From positions 1 to 34,648 of the IMG/VR virus record IMGVR_UViG_3300025296_000873: 34,648 bases of DNA. One strand, 5' to 3'. Position numbers and translations under genes: made by a program. Below, one piece after another: positions 8,675 through 17,509 of this stretch; within the stretch, counting starts at the first letter, position 1; each line of letters opens with the position of its first letter. The notes under the pieces were generated by a model. The model searched no databases. It was not told where the DNA came from and saw only the letters and a list, made by a program, of their open reading frames with translations. This DNA is from a virus. Taxonomy: Duplodnaviria > Caudoviricetes.

Positions 8675-9219
8675 GCATAGAAATTTTTGACGATGTGTTT
8701 GATTATAATTACTCCTCTGTTGTGTGGGGCTTTGTAAAGAGGTCAGCTTTTTCTCTTGGGTGGCTTGATGACGAAATACAAGAGCATAGTTCATATGTCT
8801 GTATGCATTCAAACTACAGTGATAGCGATATAAATAACTTAGGAATTGTACCAAAATTATTAGAAACTCCTATAGCTAAGTATATGGATGGGTCTAATCC
8901 AGTTAAGGCTGTTGTTAATCTTTCTAGTTCTGGGCAAACATTTTTTGAACACACTCATCCAAGTGAATGGTCTGGAAGTGTAATTAACAGAAGCCCAAAG
9001 GTGTTTCTTTATTACCCCAACCTTGAGTGGAAAAGGGAATGGGGAGGAGAAACTATGTTTTATACGATGGATAATAAAGAAATAGAAATGGCAGTAGAGT
9101 ATAGACCAAACAGGCTTGTTGTTTTTGATGGAGAACATCCTCATTCTGTTAGACCACCTACGTCACACGCACCATTTTTTAGATTTACGTTATCCATGTT
9201 TTTTGGGAAAGTTAAATAA
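8671..9219 (+). CDS. 2OG-Fe(II) oxygenase
   Basis: TTG start in a TTGA overlap. Motifs EHTH, YYPNLEWKREWGGETMFY, PNRLVVFDGEHPHSVR, FRFTL. Confidence 0.8.
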   Translation: MSIEIFDDVFDYNYSSVVWGFVKRSAFSLGWLDDEIQEHSSYVCMHSNYSDSDINNLGIVPKLLETPIAKYMDGSNPVKAVVNLSSSGQTFFEHTHPSEWSGSVINRSPKVFLYYPNLEWKREWGGETMFYTMDNKEIEMAVEYRPNRLVVFDGEHPHSVRPPTSHAPFFRFTLSMFFGKVK

Positions 9220-10124
9220 TGGCTATAACAACATGGGCGGCTACAACAGGAGACTGGGACGACTCTAAATTTAGTCGGGCTTGGGATGGCCCAAATATTA
9301 CTCCAGCTAAAGGTGATCTAACTTTAAGTGGCTCTGCTCCTAAATTTGGATTAGAACTTTTTCTTTCTCCCGGTGTTGCTAATCTTAACCTATTGCAATC
9401 TTACGAATGGGATCAATTAACTTCCTCATGGATTGCTACAGCGGGTGATTGGAGTTCTGGCCCCGTTCCACAAGTTGCTGTTGGAACTGGAATATCTCCA
9501 GATAAAGCTGATTTAACTTTTACCGCATATTCTCCCGCATCGGGGATTATGTATGATTTTAGGGTAACCGCTTCTACTCTTACATTAACAGGTCAGTTAC
9601 CATTTGCAGGTGAAGGATTTACAATATCTCCAGAGAACACTTCTCTTGAGATAGTACAGACTTACAACTGGAATAATTACGGTGGGACATGGGCCGCTTC
9701 TTCTGATACTTGGAGTGTTGTTCCATTTGTTCCAACCGCTATAGAGACTGGACAGAATCAACCAGATGCTGGTTCTTTAACTCTATCTGGAACGGCTCCA
9801 AGTAGGACTATACAACAACTTTGGTATGTTCCTTCTGCAAGTTTAGCCCTTACTGGTTTTGTTCCAAAAGATTTAAGAGGGCATAAGTTTATTCCAGATG
9901 CCGCAAGTCTTACTGGTTTTGGCGGTGGGAGTCTATGGGATAGTGGGACTGGTGATTGGGCAAGTCATACAGAAGCATGGGGGTTTGGCACACTTACACC
10001 AACCGTAGGCGTTACTTATACTTTTGTCATAGATTCATCAGGTAATCTTGTGTTTACTCCTCATGATCCACAATGGCCTTTGGTGAAAGACCCCTACTAT
10101 AAACCACAGGTAATAATGTCATGA
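9219..10124 (+). CDS. Trp-repeat virion structural protein, putative fibre scaffold
   Basis: 301 aa. Repeated PxxGxLTLxGxxP strands interspersed with four Trp triplets. Confidence 0.6.
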   Translation: MAITTWAATTGDWDDSKFSRAWDGPNITPAKGDLTLSGSAPKFGLELFLSPGVANLNLLQSYEWDQLTSSWIATAGDWSSGPVPQVAVGTGISPDKADLTFTAYSPASGIMYDFRVTASTLTLTGQLPFAGEGFTISPENTSLEIVQTYNWNNYGGTWAASSDTWSVVPFVPTAIETGQNQPDAGSLTLSGTAPSRTIQQLWYVPSASLALTGFVPKDLRGHKFIPDAASLTGFGGGSLWDSGTGDWASHTEAWGFGTLTPTVGVTYTFVIDSSGNLVFTPHDPQWPLVKDPYYKPQVIMS

Positions 10125-10276
10125 GTGGTAAAGAAAAAAGAATACAGTGGATGGAACATGTCGAGAAGGCTGATCCAGAAAGAAGAAGTAGACCTGTTAC
10201 TACTTATATTTTTAATAATGGAGAAAGAGTATTCCATAAGGCAAAGAGATCAAATGGTAGAACTAGAAAAAGCTGA
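10121..10276 (+). CDS. Small basic hypothetical protein (51 aa, not in ORF track)
   Basis: ATGA-coupled to the upstream stop. MSGKEKRIQWMEHVEKADPERRSRPVTTYIFNNGERVFHKAKRSNGRTRKS. Confidence 0.55.
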   Translation: MSGKEKRIQWMEHVEKADPERRSRPVTTYIFNNGERVFHKAKRSNGRTRKS

Positions 10277-10583
10277 AACTTTTAATGTACAAGATTTTGC
10301 ATTAGCAAAAAATGTGGCTGAAAAACTGGAGGAGAAATACCCCGGTTGGTTATGGGCTGTCCATGTAATGGATGGTGTTGTTGGTGTAAAGTCTATGCGG
10401 TTATCTGGTAACTGGGGATTCGTTCTTCATGCTGATAAAATAGATAATGATTATAAGGTGGTAGTAAATGCTGGTGGTGAGATATTAGAAAGGTATCGCC
10501 AAAAGAGAGGAAAGTTTAATCAAACCACTTATGGCGATTTAGAGATGGATTCTAAAGGAAGGCTTAACGGAGATTTACATTAA
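10254..10583 (+). CDS. Hypothetical phage protein preceding the portal
   Basis: Start re-assigned to ATG 10254 (MVELEK...). Contains KYPGWLWAV and AGGEILERY. TAATG overlap with the portal gene. Confidence 0.65.
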   Translation: MVELEKAETFNVQDFALAKNVAEKLEEKYPGWLWAVHVMDGVVGVKSMRLSGNWGFVLHADKIDNDYKVVVNAGGEILERYRQKRGKFNQTTYGDLEMDSKGRLNGDLH

Positions 10584-12790
10584 TGTCATTAATTAATCCA
10601 CAACCACCATTGAATGAGGCTGATCTTCAAGTTCCTGAAGTAGGCGACAAAAATGAGAGGTGGTTAAATTTAGCTAGGAAGGCATATGATGGCTCTACTG
10701 AATGGGTAGATACTAATCTTAGATTTCAGTGGGAAAAGAATATCTCTAACTTTAATAGCCACCATCCGCCCGGTTCTAAGTATTTAACATCAGCCTATGA
10801 TAAAAGGTCTAAGTTGTTTAGGCCAAAAACTAGGACTACTGTTCGTAAACTTGAATCTGCTATGGCAACGGCCTTCTTTACTAATGAAGATATGATGTCT
10901 ATTAGTCCGGCAAATCCTAATAATCCCATGCAAGTAGCAGGTGCGTCTGTGGCTCAATCTATAATGCAGTACAGATTGACTAATACAATACCGTGGTTTA
11001 GCACTATGGTAACGGCTCTTCAAGATGCCGCTATATATGGAACAGTCGTGTCTCACCAATATTGGGAGTTTGAGCAAAAGGATGAGACATTCGCATCTGT
11101 TGATGATGCTGGTGAAAATGTTGTAGATATGGAAGGTAAGCCTGTTAAAGAAAAGGTTACATCAACTCTGAAGGACTATCCTGTTATAGAGGTAATTGAA
11201 CCTGAGAATTTTAGGATAGACCCGGCGTCAGATTGGTATGACCCTATATCATCTTCTCCTTATGTTATCCATCTTATTCCCATGTTCGCTCAGGATGCTA
11301 TGGAGAGAATAGATAATGGCGAATGGAAAAAACTTACTCTTGAACAGTTGCTTACGACTACAGACGAGACAGACGACACTACAAGATTAACTAGGGAAGA
11401 ACCTAGAGAAGACCCTTTAGAAGATGATTTTGAAAATGTAGAAGAATACAAGATTGTATGGGTTCATAAAAATATTATAAGAAAGGACGGAGTAGATTGG
11501 TGCTTTTTTACGGCAGGTACGCAATACTTGTTAACTGATCCAAAACCATTGTTGGAAATGTACCCATGGTTAAAAGATGGAGAGCGCCCCTACGTTATGG
11601 GGAAACTCAATATTGAAGCCCATCGTGTATACCCATCAGCAACTGTAGAACTTACAGAAGAGTTGCAAGCGGCATCGAACGACATATGGAACCAAAGATT
11701 CGACAACATTAGGTTGGCGATGAACAAGCGTTACCATATCCGACGGGATCGAAACATAGATTTGGATGCTCTGTTCAGGTCTGTTCCCGGCGGTGCTGTT
11801 GAGATGGATGATCCAGATCAGGATGTCCGGGTTATTGAGACTCGTGATGTCACAGCATCTGCATACCAAGAGCAGGATCGAATTAATATGGATTTCGATG
11901 AACTGCAAGGGAACTTCTCTGCCTCAACCGTAGGTGGCGCTCGTAATCTTAATGAGACTGTAGGCGGTATGGCCCTTCTTGCTGGCAATACCAACATGAT
12001 CACGGAGTTTGTTCTTAGGACATTCGCTGAGACGTGGGTAGAACCAGTATTAAAGCAGTTGCTTAAATTAGAACAGTACTATGAAAATGATGAGCATGTT
12101 ACTGCACTCGCAGGTGAGGCTGGTGGACTTGAGGGCGAGGAAGGTGTCGTAGATTTTGGTCAGGATGAAATCATGGATGAACTTCTAAAACAGGACGTTC
12201 TTCTTAAGGTTAATGTAGGAATGAACGCTACTGACCCTGTTGGAAGAGTACAGCAACTGCTATTTGGGGTAACTAGTGTAGGTCAGTTACCGGGAATGGA
12301 AGGAAAACTTAATTTAGATGAGGTATCTAAAGAAGTATTTGGGTTACTGGGATATAAGGATGGTTCTAGATTCCTTCTGCCTACTGAGGCTGATCCGCAG
12401 GTAGAAGAACTGCAACAGCAGATCGAACAAATGACCATGATGCTAGAGACCGATCAGGTCAAGATGCAGGGCCGTATGGCTATAGAACAGATGAAGCAAG
12501 AGGCTCAGTTGAGAGCCGCTCAATTGAGAGCGCAGACAGAACTCCAGAAAGAGGTGATGTCCTCTAAGGGAGAAGTAGGAAAACTGGGTATAAAACAATC
12601 TGAGGCTTATGTAAAACAACAGGACGCTGACACCAGACGTGCTGAACTAATGTTACAGAGAGATGCTTTACTTAATCAAATAGTTGATGGGGAGATACAA
12701 CGAAGGATGGTAGAAGACAAAGATAATGTTAGTAAGACGGGAACAATGGCAAGAGATAAGTACAATAAAGTTCCTTATGAAATAGGATGA
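10583..12790 (+). CDS. Portal protein
   Basis: 735 aa. RSKLFRPKTR, DAAIYGT, PENFRIDP, ETVGGMALL and a C-terminal Q/E-rich coiled coil. Lies before the scaffold and capsid genes. Confidence 0.9.
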   Translation: MSLINPQPPLNEADLQVPEVGDKNERWLNLARKAYDGSTEWVDTNLRFQWEKNISNFNSHHPPGSKYLTSAYDKRSKLFRPKTRTTVRKLESAMATAFFTNEDMMSISPANPNNPMQVAGASVAQSIMQYRLTNTIPWFSTMVTALQDAAIYGTVVSHQYWEFEQKDETFASVDDAGENVVDMEGKPVKEKVTSTLKDYPVIEVIEPENFRIDPASDWYDPISSSPYVIHLIPMFAQDAMERIDNGEWKKLTLEQLLTTTDETDDTTRLTREEPREDPLEDDFENVEEYKIVWVHKNIIRKDGVDWCFFTAGTQYLLTDPKPLLEMYPWLKDGERPYVMGKLNIEAHRVYPSATVELTEELQAASNDIWNQRFDNIRLAMNKRYHIRRDRNIDLDALFRSVPGGAVEMDDPDQDVRVIETRDVTASAYQEQDRINMDFDELQGNFSASTVGGARNLNETVGGMALLAGNTNMITEFVLRTFAETWVEPVLKQLLKLEQYYENDEHVTALAGEAGGLEGEEGVVDFGQDEIMDELLKQDVLLKVNVGMNATDPVGRVQQLLFGVTSVGQLPGMEGKLNLDEVSKEVFGLLGYKDGSRFLLPTEADPQVEELQQQIEQMTMMLETDQVKMQGRMAIEQMKQEAQLRAAQLRAQTELQKEVMSSKGEVGKLGIKQSEAYVKQQDADTRRAELMLQRDALLNQIVDGEIQRRMVEDKDNVSKTGTMARDKYNKVPYEIG

Positions 12791-13113
12791 GTGAATTTAC
12801 AAACCCGGCTGATCTTAGGGTCGATGACTTAGTTACTAGGACTAAAATTGGGAGAACTACCCAAGAGTTTATAAGAACTCCAACTGGAAAAGCGATTGTT
12901 GATAGGGCAATACTGGATTACCGAAAGGGAATATCAGACCTACAAAAAATGGTTTCTCAGGAGTACAGCGGTTCTTCATCAGAGGAACTTAATCAATACC
13001 GTAAAATATCTTCAACCCTCGCTACCCCACTTAAGTTGTTGCAATGGTTGGATGCGATTATTGCAGACGGGGAGAATGCGGATAAGTTGGCTAGGTACAA
13101 AGATGCGGAATAA
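12787..13113 (+). CDS. Small helical head-morphogenesis protein
   Basis: 108 aa between portal and scaffold. ATGA overlap. Confidence 0.6.
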   Translation: MSEFTNPADLRVDDLVTRTKIGRTTQEFIRTPTGKAIVDRAILDYRKGISDLQKMVSQEYSGSSSEELNQYRKISSTLATPLKLLQWLDAIIADGENADKLARYKDAE

Positions 13114-13126
13114 TTAGGAGAATAAG

Positions 13127-14179
13127 ATGGTTGACGCTACCCAATCGGATGCGGAAGAAGTTATAGAGGAAACTCTAGAAAATATTGAAGACGTAAAACA
13201 AGATCAAGAAGAAAAAGAGGAATCTATTAAAAGTCCTCGTGATACGGCTATGGATAAGATCGTCGAGGACAGGGAATTAGAAGTTTTCTCTGAAATTGTA
13301 GAACAGCACGAAGACCTTGATACATCAACCGAAGAGAGGGATGAGGAAGAAATACAACAAGAAGACCCGACTTCACCTGTTTGGTTAAAAGATGGTCAAT
13401 GGTTTACTACTGTAAAGGTCAACGGAACAGAAACTAATGTTCCCTTTGAGGGGCTTAAGGTATCTCATCAAAAAGATGCCGCCTCTCAGCAAAGATTTGA
13501 GGAAGCCGCAGTTAAAGAGAAGTGGCTTAATCAAAAGGAATCTCAGTTACGTTCATACGTACAGAGACTTCAAACACAACAGGCAACTCCACCCCAAACG
13601 CAGGACGATGCGCCTAAAACAGATACTAACTTTACTGAAGTTGCAAAAGAGTATCACCAAGCGTTATATGAAGATGATGCGGATAAAGCCGCAGAATTGT
13701 TGCAGACTTTGACATCGGGGCGCTCACAAGGAGCCACCCCAAATGTAGAGGAAGCAGTTAATAAAGCCTTACAAGAGGCTTTTTCTCGCCAACAGATGGA
13801 ACAGGCTAGAGCGCAACAGAGGGATTATCAAAAATCAGTTAAAGATGCAGTTGGTTGGTTTGAAACTGAATATCCTGAAATTGCGGGAAATGCCGAACTA
13901 AGGGCCATAGCAGATAACAGAACGGTTACTATCATGAAGGAAAAACCTTCACTAGCACCGGGATATGTTATTCAGGCCGCCGCTGAATACGCGAGAGAAT
14001 GGGCGAATCTCAATTTATCTAATGGTAAGTCTAATGAACGAGCCGCTAGAAAAAAGAGAATCGTTTCTGAACCAAAACCTGCCCGAAAAAGCGCCAAGAT
14101 CGGAGAGGACGATGAAGTGGAGAAAACTCCAAGTCAAGTCATTGAAGAGATGAGAGCGGAAAGAGGGCAATCATTATAA
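13127..14179 (+). CDS. Capsid scaffolding protein
   Basis: 350 aa. Acidic N-terminus, VKVNGTE..V motif, helical charged body and C-terminal IEEMRAERGQ. Immediately upstream of the MCP. AGGAG SD. Confidence 0.8.
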   Translation: MVDATQSDAEEVIEETLENIEDVKQDQEEKEESIKSPRDTAMDKIVEDRELEVFSEIVEQHEDLDTSTEERDEEEIQQEDPTSPVWLKDGQWFTTVKVNGTETNVPFEGLKVSHQKDAASQQRFEEAAVKEKWLNQKESQLRSYVQRLQTQQATPPQTQDDAPKTDTNFTEVAKEYHQALYEDDADKAAELLQTLTSGRSQGATPNVEEAVNKALQEAFSRQQMEQARAQQRDYQKSVKDAVGWFETEYPEIAGNAELRAIADNRTVTIMKEKPSLAPGYVIQAAAEYAREWANLNLSNGKSNERAARKKRIVSEPKPARKSAKIGEDDEVEKTPSQVIEEMRAERGQSL

Positions 14180-14196
14180 CTATTTAGGAGGTAGAC

Positions 14197-15165
14197 ATGG
14201 CAGGACAAGTATGGTCTGTCAACACTTCCGGTGGTTATATGTATGCGCTTAATCTCAGCAGAGAGTTGAGAATGGCGGTTCAGCCCGTTGTCAAATTTAG
14301 ACAATTTTGTGACATCAAAGATGCCGCACATCAGGGTTTACACCGTGGCGATACATTCCATTGGAACGTGTTTAGTGACGTTGCCACTCAGGGTACTACC
14401 CTGACGGAAACGAGCACTATACCTGAAACATCGTTTACGATTTCTCAGGGAACGATGACTATTACGGAAGCTGGTAACTCAGTGCCTTGGACAGGCAAGT
14501 TGGACGATCTGAGTGAACAGCCAATTCGTGAAATCATCAGGAAGGTGTTGAAGAATGATGCTAAGAAAGCATTTGACACACTCGCCGCCGCTCAGTTTAA
14601 CGCCGCCAAACTACGTGTAGTACCTACTGCTGGTACTAGCACAACAGCGCTTACGTTAACCACGAACGGCACAGCTACTTTGACCAATAATGTTGCATTG
14701 GGAAAAGAGCATGTCAAGTTAGTTGTTGACACCATGAAAGAACGTAACATTCCCGCTTATACTGGTGATGATTATTACTGTCTTGCATGGCCTTCAACTT
14801 ATCGTACCCTCAAGAATGATCTGGAATCTATCCATCAGTATGTGGATCAGGGTTTCCAAATGATTATGAACGGGGAAATCGGTAGGTACGAAGGTGTTCG
14901 TTTCGTAGAGCAAACGCACATTGCGAAAGGTACTGGCATGGGTACGGCTGGAGTTGCTTGGACTAATGGTCTAAGTGATTGGGCTATATTCTTTGGCGAG
15001 GACACCGTAGCAGAGGCTATTGCTGTTCCAGAGGAAATGCGTGGCAAGATTCCGGGCGACTTTGGTCGTGATCGGGGTATTGCTTGGTATTACCTTGGTG
15101 GCTTTGGCATTACACACACACAAGCGGCTCAGTCACGTATCGTGATCTGGGACAGTGCGGCTTAA
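14197..15165 (+). CDS. Major capsid protein (N4-gp56-like family)
   Basis: 322 aa. KFRQFCD, LTETSTIPE, ITEAGNSV, GEIGRYEGVRFVE, DFGRDRGIAWY. AGGAGGT SD. Confidence 0.9.
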   Translation: MAGQVWSVNTSGGYMYALNLSRELRMAVQPVVKFRQFCDIKDAAHQGLHRGDTFHWNVFSDVATQGTTLTETSTIPETSFTISQGTMTITEAGNSVPWTGKLDDLSEQPIREIIRKVLKNDAKKAFDTLAAAQFNAAKLRVVPTAGTSTTALTLTTNGTATLTNNVALGKEHVKLVVDTMKERNIPAYTGDDYYCLAWPSTYRTLKNDLESIHQYVDQGFQMIMNGEIGRYEGVRFVEQTHIAKGTGMGTAGVAWTNGLSDWAIFFGEDTVAEAIAVPEEMRGKIPGDFGRDRGIAWYYLGGFGITHTQAAQSRIVIWDSAA

Positions 15166-15176
15166 GGAGAAATATT

Positions 15177-15557
15177 ATGAGTTATAGTAATCCAACCCCT
15201 TATTGCTTCACTTTTAACCATGATTTCGGCGCGGCAACTGAGGCCTTAATTTTCCGTGGCCCTTCAGGAATGCAGGGAACAGTACAGGAAGTTGAGGTTC
15301 AAGCCTATGAGACCTTTAATGCTGTTACTACTGAAGGTGCAGTTAATATAGGTTCTTCAGCCGCAGGTGCGGAGTATGTAGCAATGGGTCTAGGCACTCT
15401 TGCTGATGGTGATGAACAGAGAATGACGGATACAGCGGCTGATTTAGTTTTAGCGGCTCTTCCGGCTGATACTGACATTCATTTGACGCTCAAAGCCCCA
15501 ACTGGTGGTACACCCGCTGGTAAGGCATATGTGCAAATAATGATCTACTGGTACTAG
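15177..15557 (+). CDS. Putative capsid decoration / minor head protein
   Basis: Start re-assigned to ATG 15177 (AAGGAG SD; track gives 15084). 126 aa, beta-rich, directly after the MCP and before the terminator. Confidence 0.65.
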   Translation: MSYSNPTPYCFTFNHDFGAATEALIFRGPSGMQGTVQEVEVQAYETFNAVTTEGAVNIGSSAAGAEYVAMGLGTLADGDEQRMTDTAADLVLAALPADTDIHLTLKAPTGGTPAGKAYVQIMIYWY

Positions 15558-15565
15558 GAGGAAAT

Positions 15566-15748
15566 ATGGCTAGTAATAAACATTCAGCAGACGGAAAAGT
15601 CCCTGAAAATGGTCTTTCTAGTTTGGACAAGGTGTCGGACACTCCCAAGGAATTGGGAATGGACAGCCATGGCCCGAATCAGATGCCAGATGGGATAAAG
15701 AAGAAGAAGGTTTCAACACCTTCTTTAGGTTCTTTTACCTTTCGTTAA
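15566..15748 (+). CDS. Small hypothetical protein
   Basis: 60 aa with a strong AGGAGG SD. Ends just before the terminator. Confidence 0.65.
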   Translation: MASNKHSADGKVPENGLSSLDKVSDTPKELGMDSHGPNQMPDGIKKKKVSTPSLGSFTFR

Positions 15749-15757
15749 TACAGGATT

Positions 15758-15781
15758 GGGGGGCGAAAGCCCCCCTTCTTT
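15758..15781 (+). terminator. Rho-independent terminator after the capsid genes
   Basis: GGGGGGC-GAAA-GCCCCCC perfect 7-bp stem with a GNRA loop, followed by TTCTTT. Confidence 0.85.
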
Positions 15782-15789
15782 CGGAGAGA

Positions 15790-15969
15790 ATGATGGCTAA
15801 GAAAAAACAAGGATACAATGCTAGGAAAGATGAGCAACTAGGTATGACCAGAGGTAAACAATCTGGAAAGAAAATGTCTGCTAGTGGGCGTCGTAGTGTT
15901 GCTAAGGCTACTCGTAAAGGCGGTGGCTATGGACTAAAGCCTAAAAAGAAAATGAGGGCAAAGAAATGA
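15790..15969 (+). CDS. Small highly basic protein (59 aa, not in ORF track)
   Basis: MMAKKKQGYNARKDEQLGMTRGKQSGKKMSASGRRSVAKATRKGGGYGLKPKKKMRAKK. GGAG SD. Stop overlaps the next ATG. Confidence 0.7.
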   Translation: MMAKKKQGYNARKDEQLGMTRGKQSGKKMSASGRRSVAKATRKGGGYGLKPKKKMRAKK

Positions 15970-16163
15970 TGGACATGCTAGTAGTGGGTGGTAAATTTCA
16001 AAGGGAGACTTTTGATAAGAAGTCAAAGCCTTCTAATGATCCAAGACAAAGTGGTTATACTCTGGTAGATAAAAAAGATACCTACATGAATGAGAATAAC
16101 CAGAAACAAAATAACGCCAATGTTGGCAACAGACCAGAATGGGTTGGGTGGTCTTTAGAATAA
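15966..16163 (+). CDS. Hypothetical protein
   Basis: 65 aa, ATGA-coupled, fills the gap between neighbours. Confidence 0.55.
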   Translation: MMDMLVVGGKFQRETFDKKSKPSNDPRQSGYTLVDKKDTYMNENNQKQNNANVGNRPEWVGWSLE

Positions 16164-16175
16164 GGAGTTATATTT

Positions 16176-16436
16176 GTGGCTATTGATTGGTCGAAGCCCT
16201 ATGGAGAAGTTCAGGGGATTCATAAGGCTAAGTATGAACAAGATAATAGGCAGTACAATCTTCATGGCGAAGAGATATTTGGAATTAGAAATAAAGAATG
16301 GGCTAAACAACAAAAAGGATTAGGTGGTAGGAATCTTTTAATATGGGAAGCTAAGAATCTAGGTGATATCGTACTAGACCCACATGAGAAGATAGACTCT
16401 ATAAGGAAGAAGGTGATGGCTAGGCTTCCTGAATGA
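16176..16436 (+). CDS. Hypothetical protein
   Basis: 86 aa. GTG start with AAGGAG SD. Stop overlaps the GT9 start. Confidence 0.65.
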   Translation: MAIDWSKPYGEVQGIHKAKYEQDNRQYNLHGEEIFGIRNKEWAKQQKGLGGRNLLIWEAKNLGDIVLDPHEKIDSIRKKVMARLPE

Positions 16437-17509
16437 AGATAACAAAAGTTCCTTTTAAAGAAGTTGAAGATTTTGTCTCAGAAGATTTTGGTGGAATAAG
16501 GAGTAGAAAAACTGTATGTATCGTGAGGTATGGAGCCTTTGGAGATATAGTACAGGCATCCTCTTTGTTCCCTAGGTTTAAAGAACAGGGTTATGAAGTA
16601 TGCGTTAATGTAACTGAGATAGGGGCGGATATGCTTAAGCATAATCCAGATGTTGATCAGTTAATAGTGCAAAAAGATAACCAAATAAATAACTTTAAAC
16701 TTAAAGATTATTGGGAGAAAATGTCAGAATGTTTTGATAGGTTTGTACAATTGTCTGAATCAGTTGAGGGACGCCTTCTATTAAACCCGTCAAGAGATGT
16801 TGAAGTAGATGGGGAAAAAGTTAGAGTCGAAGCTAGTGAAGGATATAACTTATCAAAAGAAGAAGTACATGAGTTATGTGATAAGAATTATCTTGAGGAA
16901 ACTCACAGGATTGCAGATATAGAGTTTAAACACAGTCCTGTTTTTTATCCATCACCTCTAGATAAAAGTTGGGCCAAGAAACAGAGAAAGAAAATAAAGA
17001 CAAGGCATCTTGTTTTGTGGTCTTTGTCTGGTTCTTCCGTCCATAAGGTGTATCCATGGACAGACAATGTAATTGCCGCTCTTTTGTTAAGGAGAAAAGA
17101 CGTTTCTATAATCACGGTTGGAGATCATCTTTGCCAATTATTGGAAGTTGGTTGGGAAAAAGAAAAACGTGTAATTCTTAAGTCTGGAAAAATACCTATA
17201 GGAAAAACTCTCTCGCTATTACCACATTGTGATGTTGTGGTAGGGCCAGAGACAGGCGTCTTAAATGCGGCGAGTATGTTACCGAACCATAAATGTGTTT
17301 TCCTATCCCACTCGTCTAATGAGAATTTAACAAAACACTGGATAAATACTACTGCTTTTGAGCCGGAAGATTGTCCTTGCTTTCCCTGTCATAAACTGCA
17401 TTTTGGATTCTCTACTTGTAACAGAGATGAAGAGAGCGGTGGTGCATTGTGCGCCGCTAATATTAAACCTGACAGAGTAGTAGACGATATAATGAGAAAT
17501 CTAAAATGA
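16433..17509 (+). CDS. Glycosyltransferase family 9 (heptosyltransferase-like)
   Basis: IVRYGAFGDIV, HNPDVDQ, HKVYPW, CDVVVGPETGVLNAAS, C-terminal CPCFPC...C...C. Confidence 0.85.
   Translation: MKITKVPFKEVEDFVSEDFGGIRSRKTVCIVRYGAFGDIVQASSLFPRFKEQGYEVCVNVTEIGADMLKHNPDVDQLIVQKDNQINNFKLKDYWEKMSECFDRFVQLSESVEGRLLLNPSRDVEVDGEKVRVEASEGYNLSKEEVHELCDKNYLEETHRIADIEFKHSPVFYPSPLDKSWAKKQRKKIKTRHLVLWSLSGSSVHKVYPWTDNVIAALLLRRKDVSIITVGDHLCQLLEVGWEKEKRVILKSGKIPIGKTLSLLPHCDVVVGPETGVLNAASMLPNHKCVFLSHSSNENLTKHWINTTAFEPEDCPCFPCHKLHFGFSTCNRDEESGGALCAANIKPDRVVDDIMRNLK

Noticed and set aside
10125-10253. Track's long start for the pre-portal gene
   Set aside because: The region is better explained by the ATGA-coupled 51-aa ORF 10121..10276 plus a start at 10254.
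15084-15176. Programmed frameshift extending the MCP into the next gene
   Set aside because: No clear slippery sequence, and the downstream gene has its own SD and ATG at 15177.
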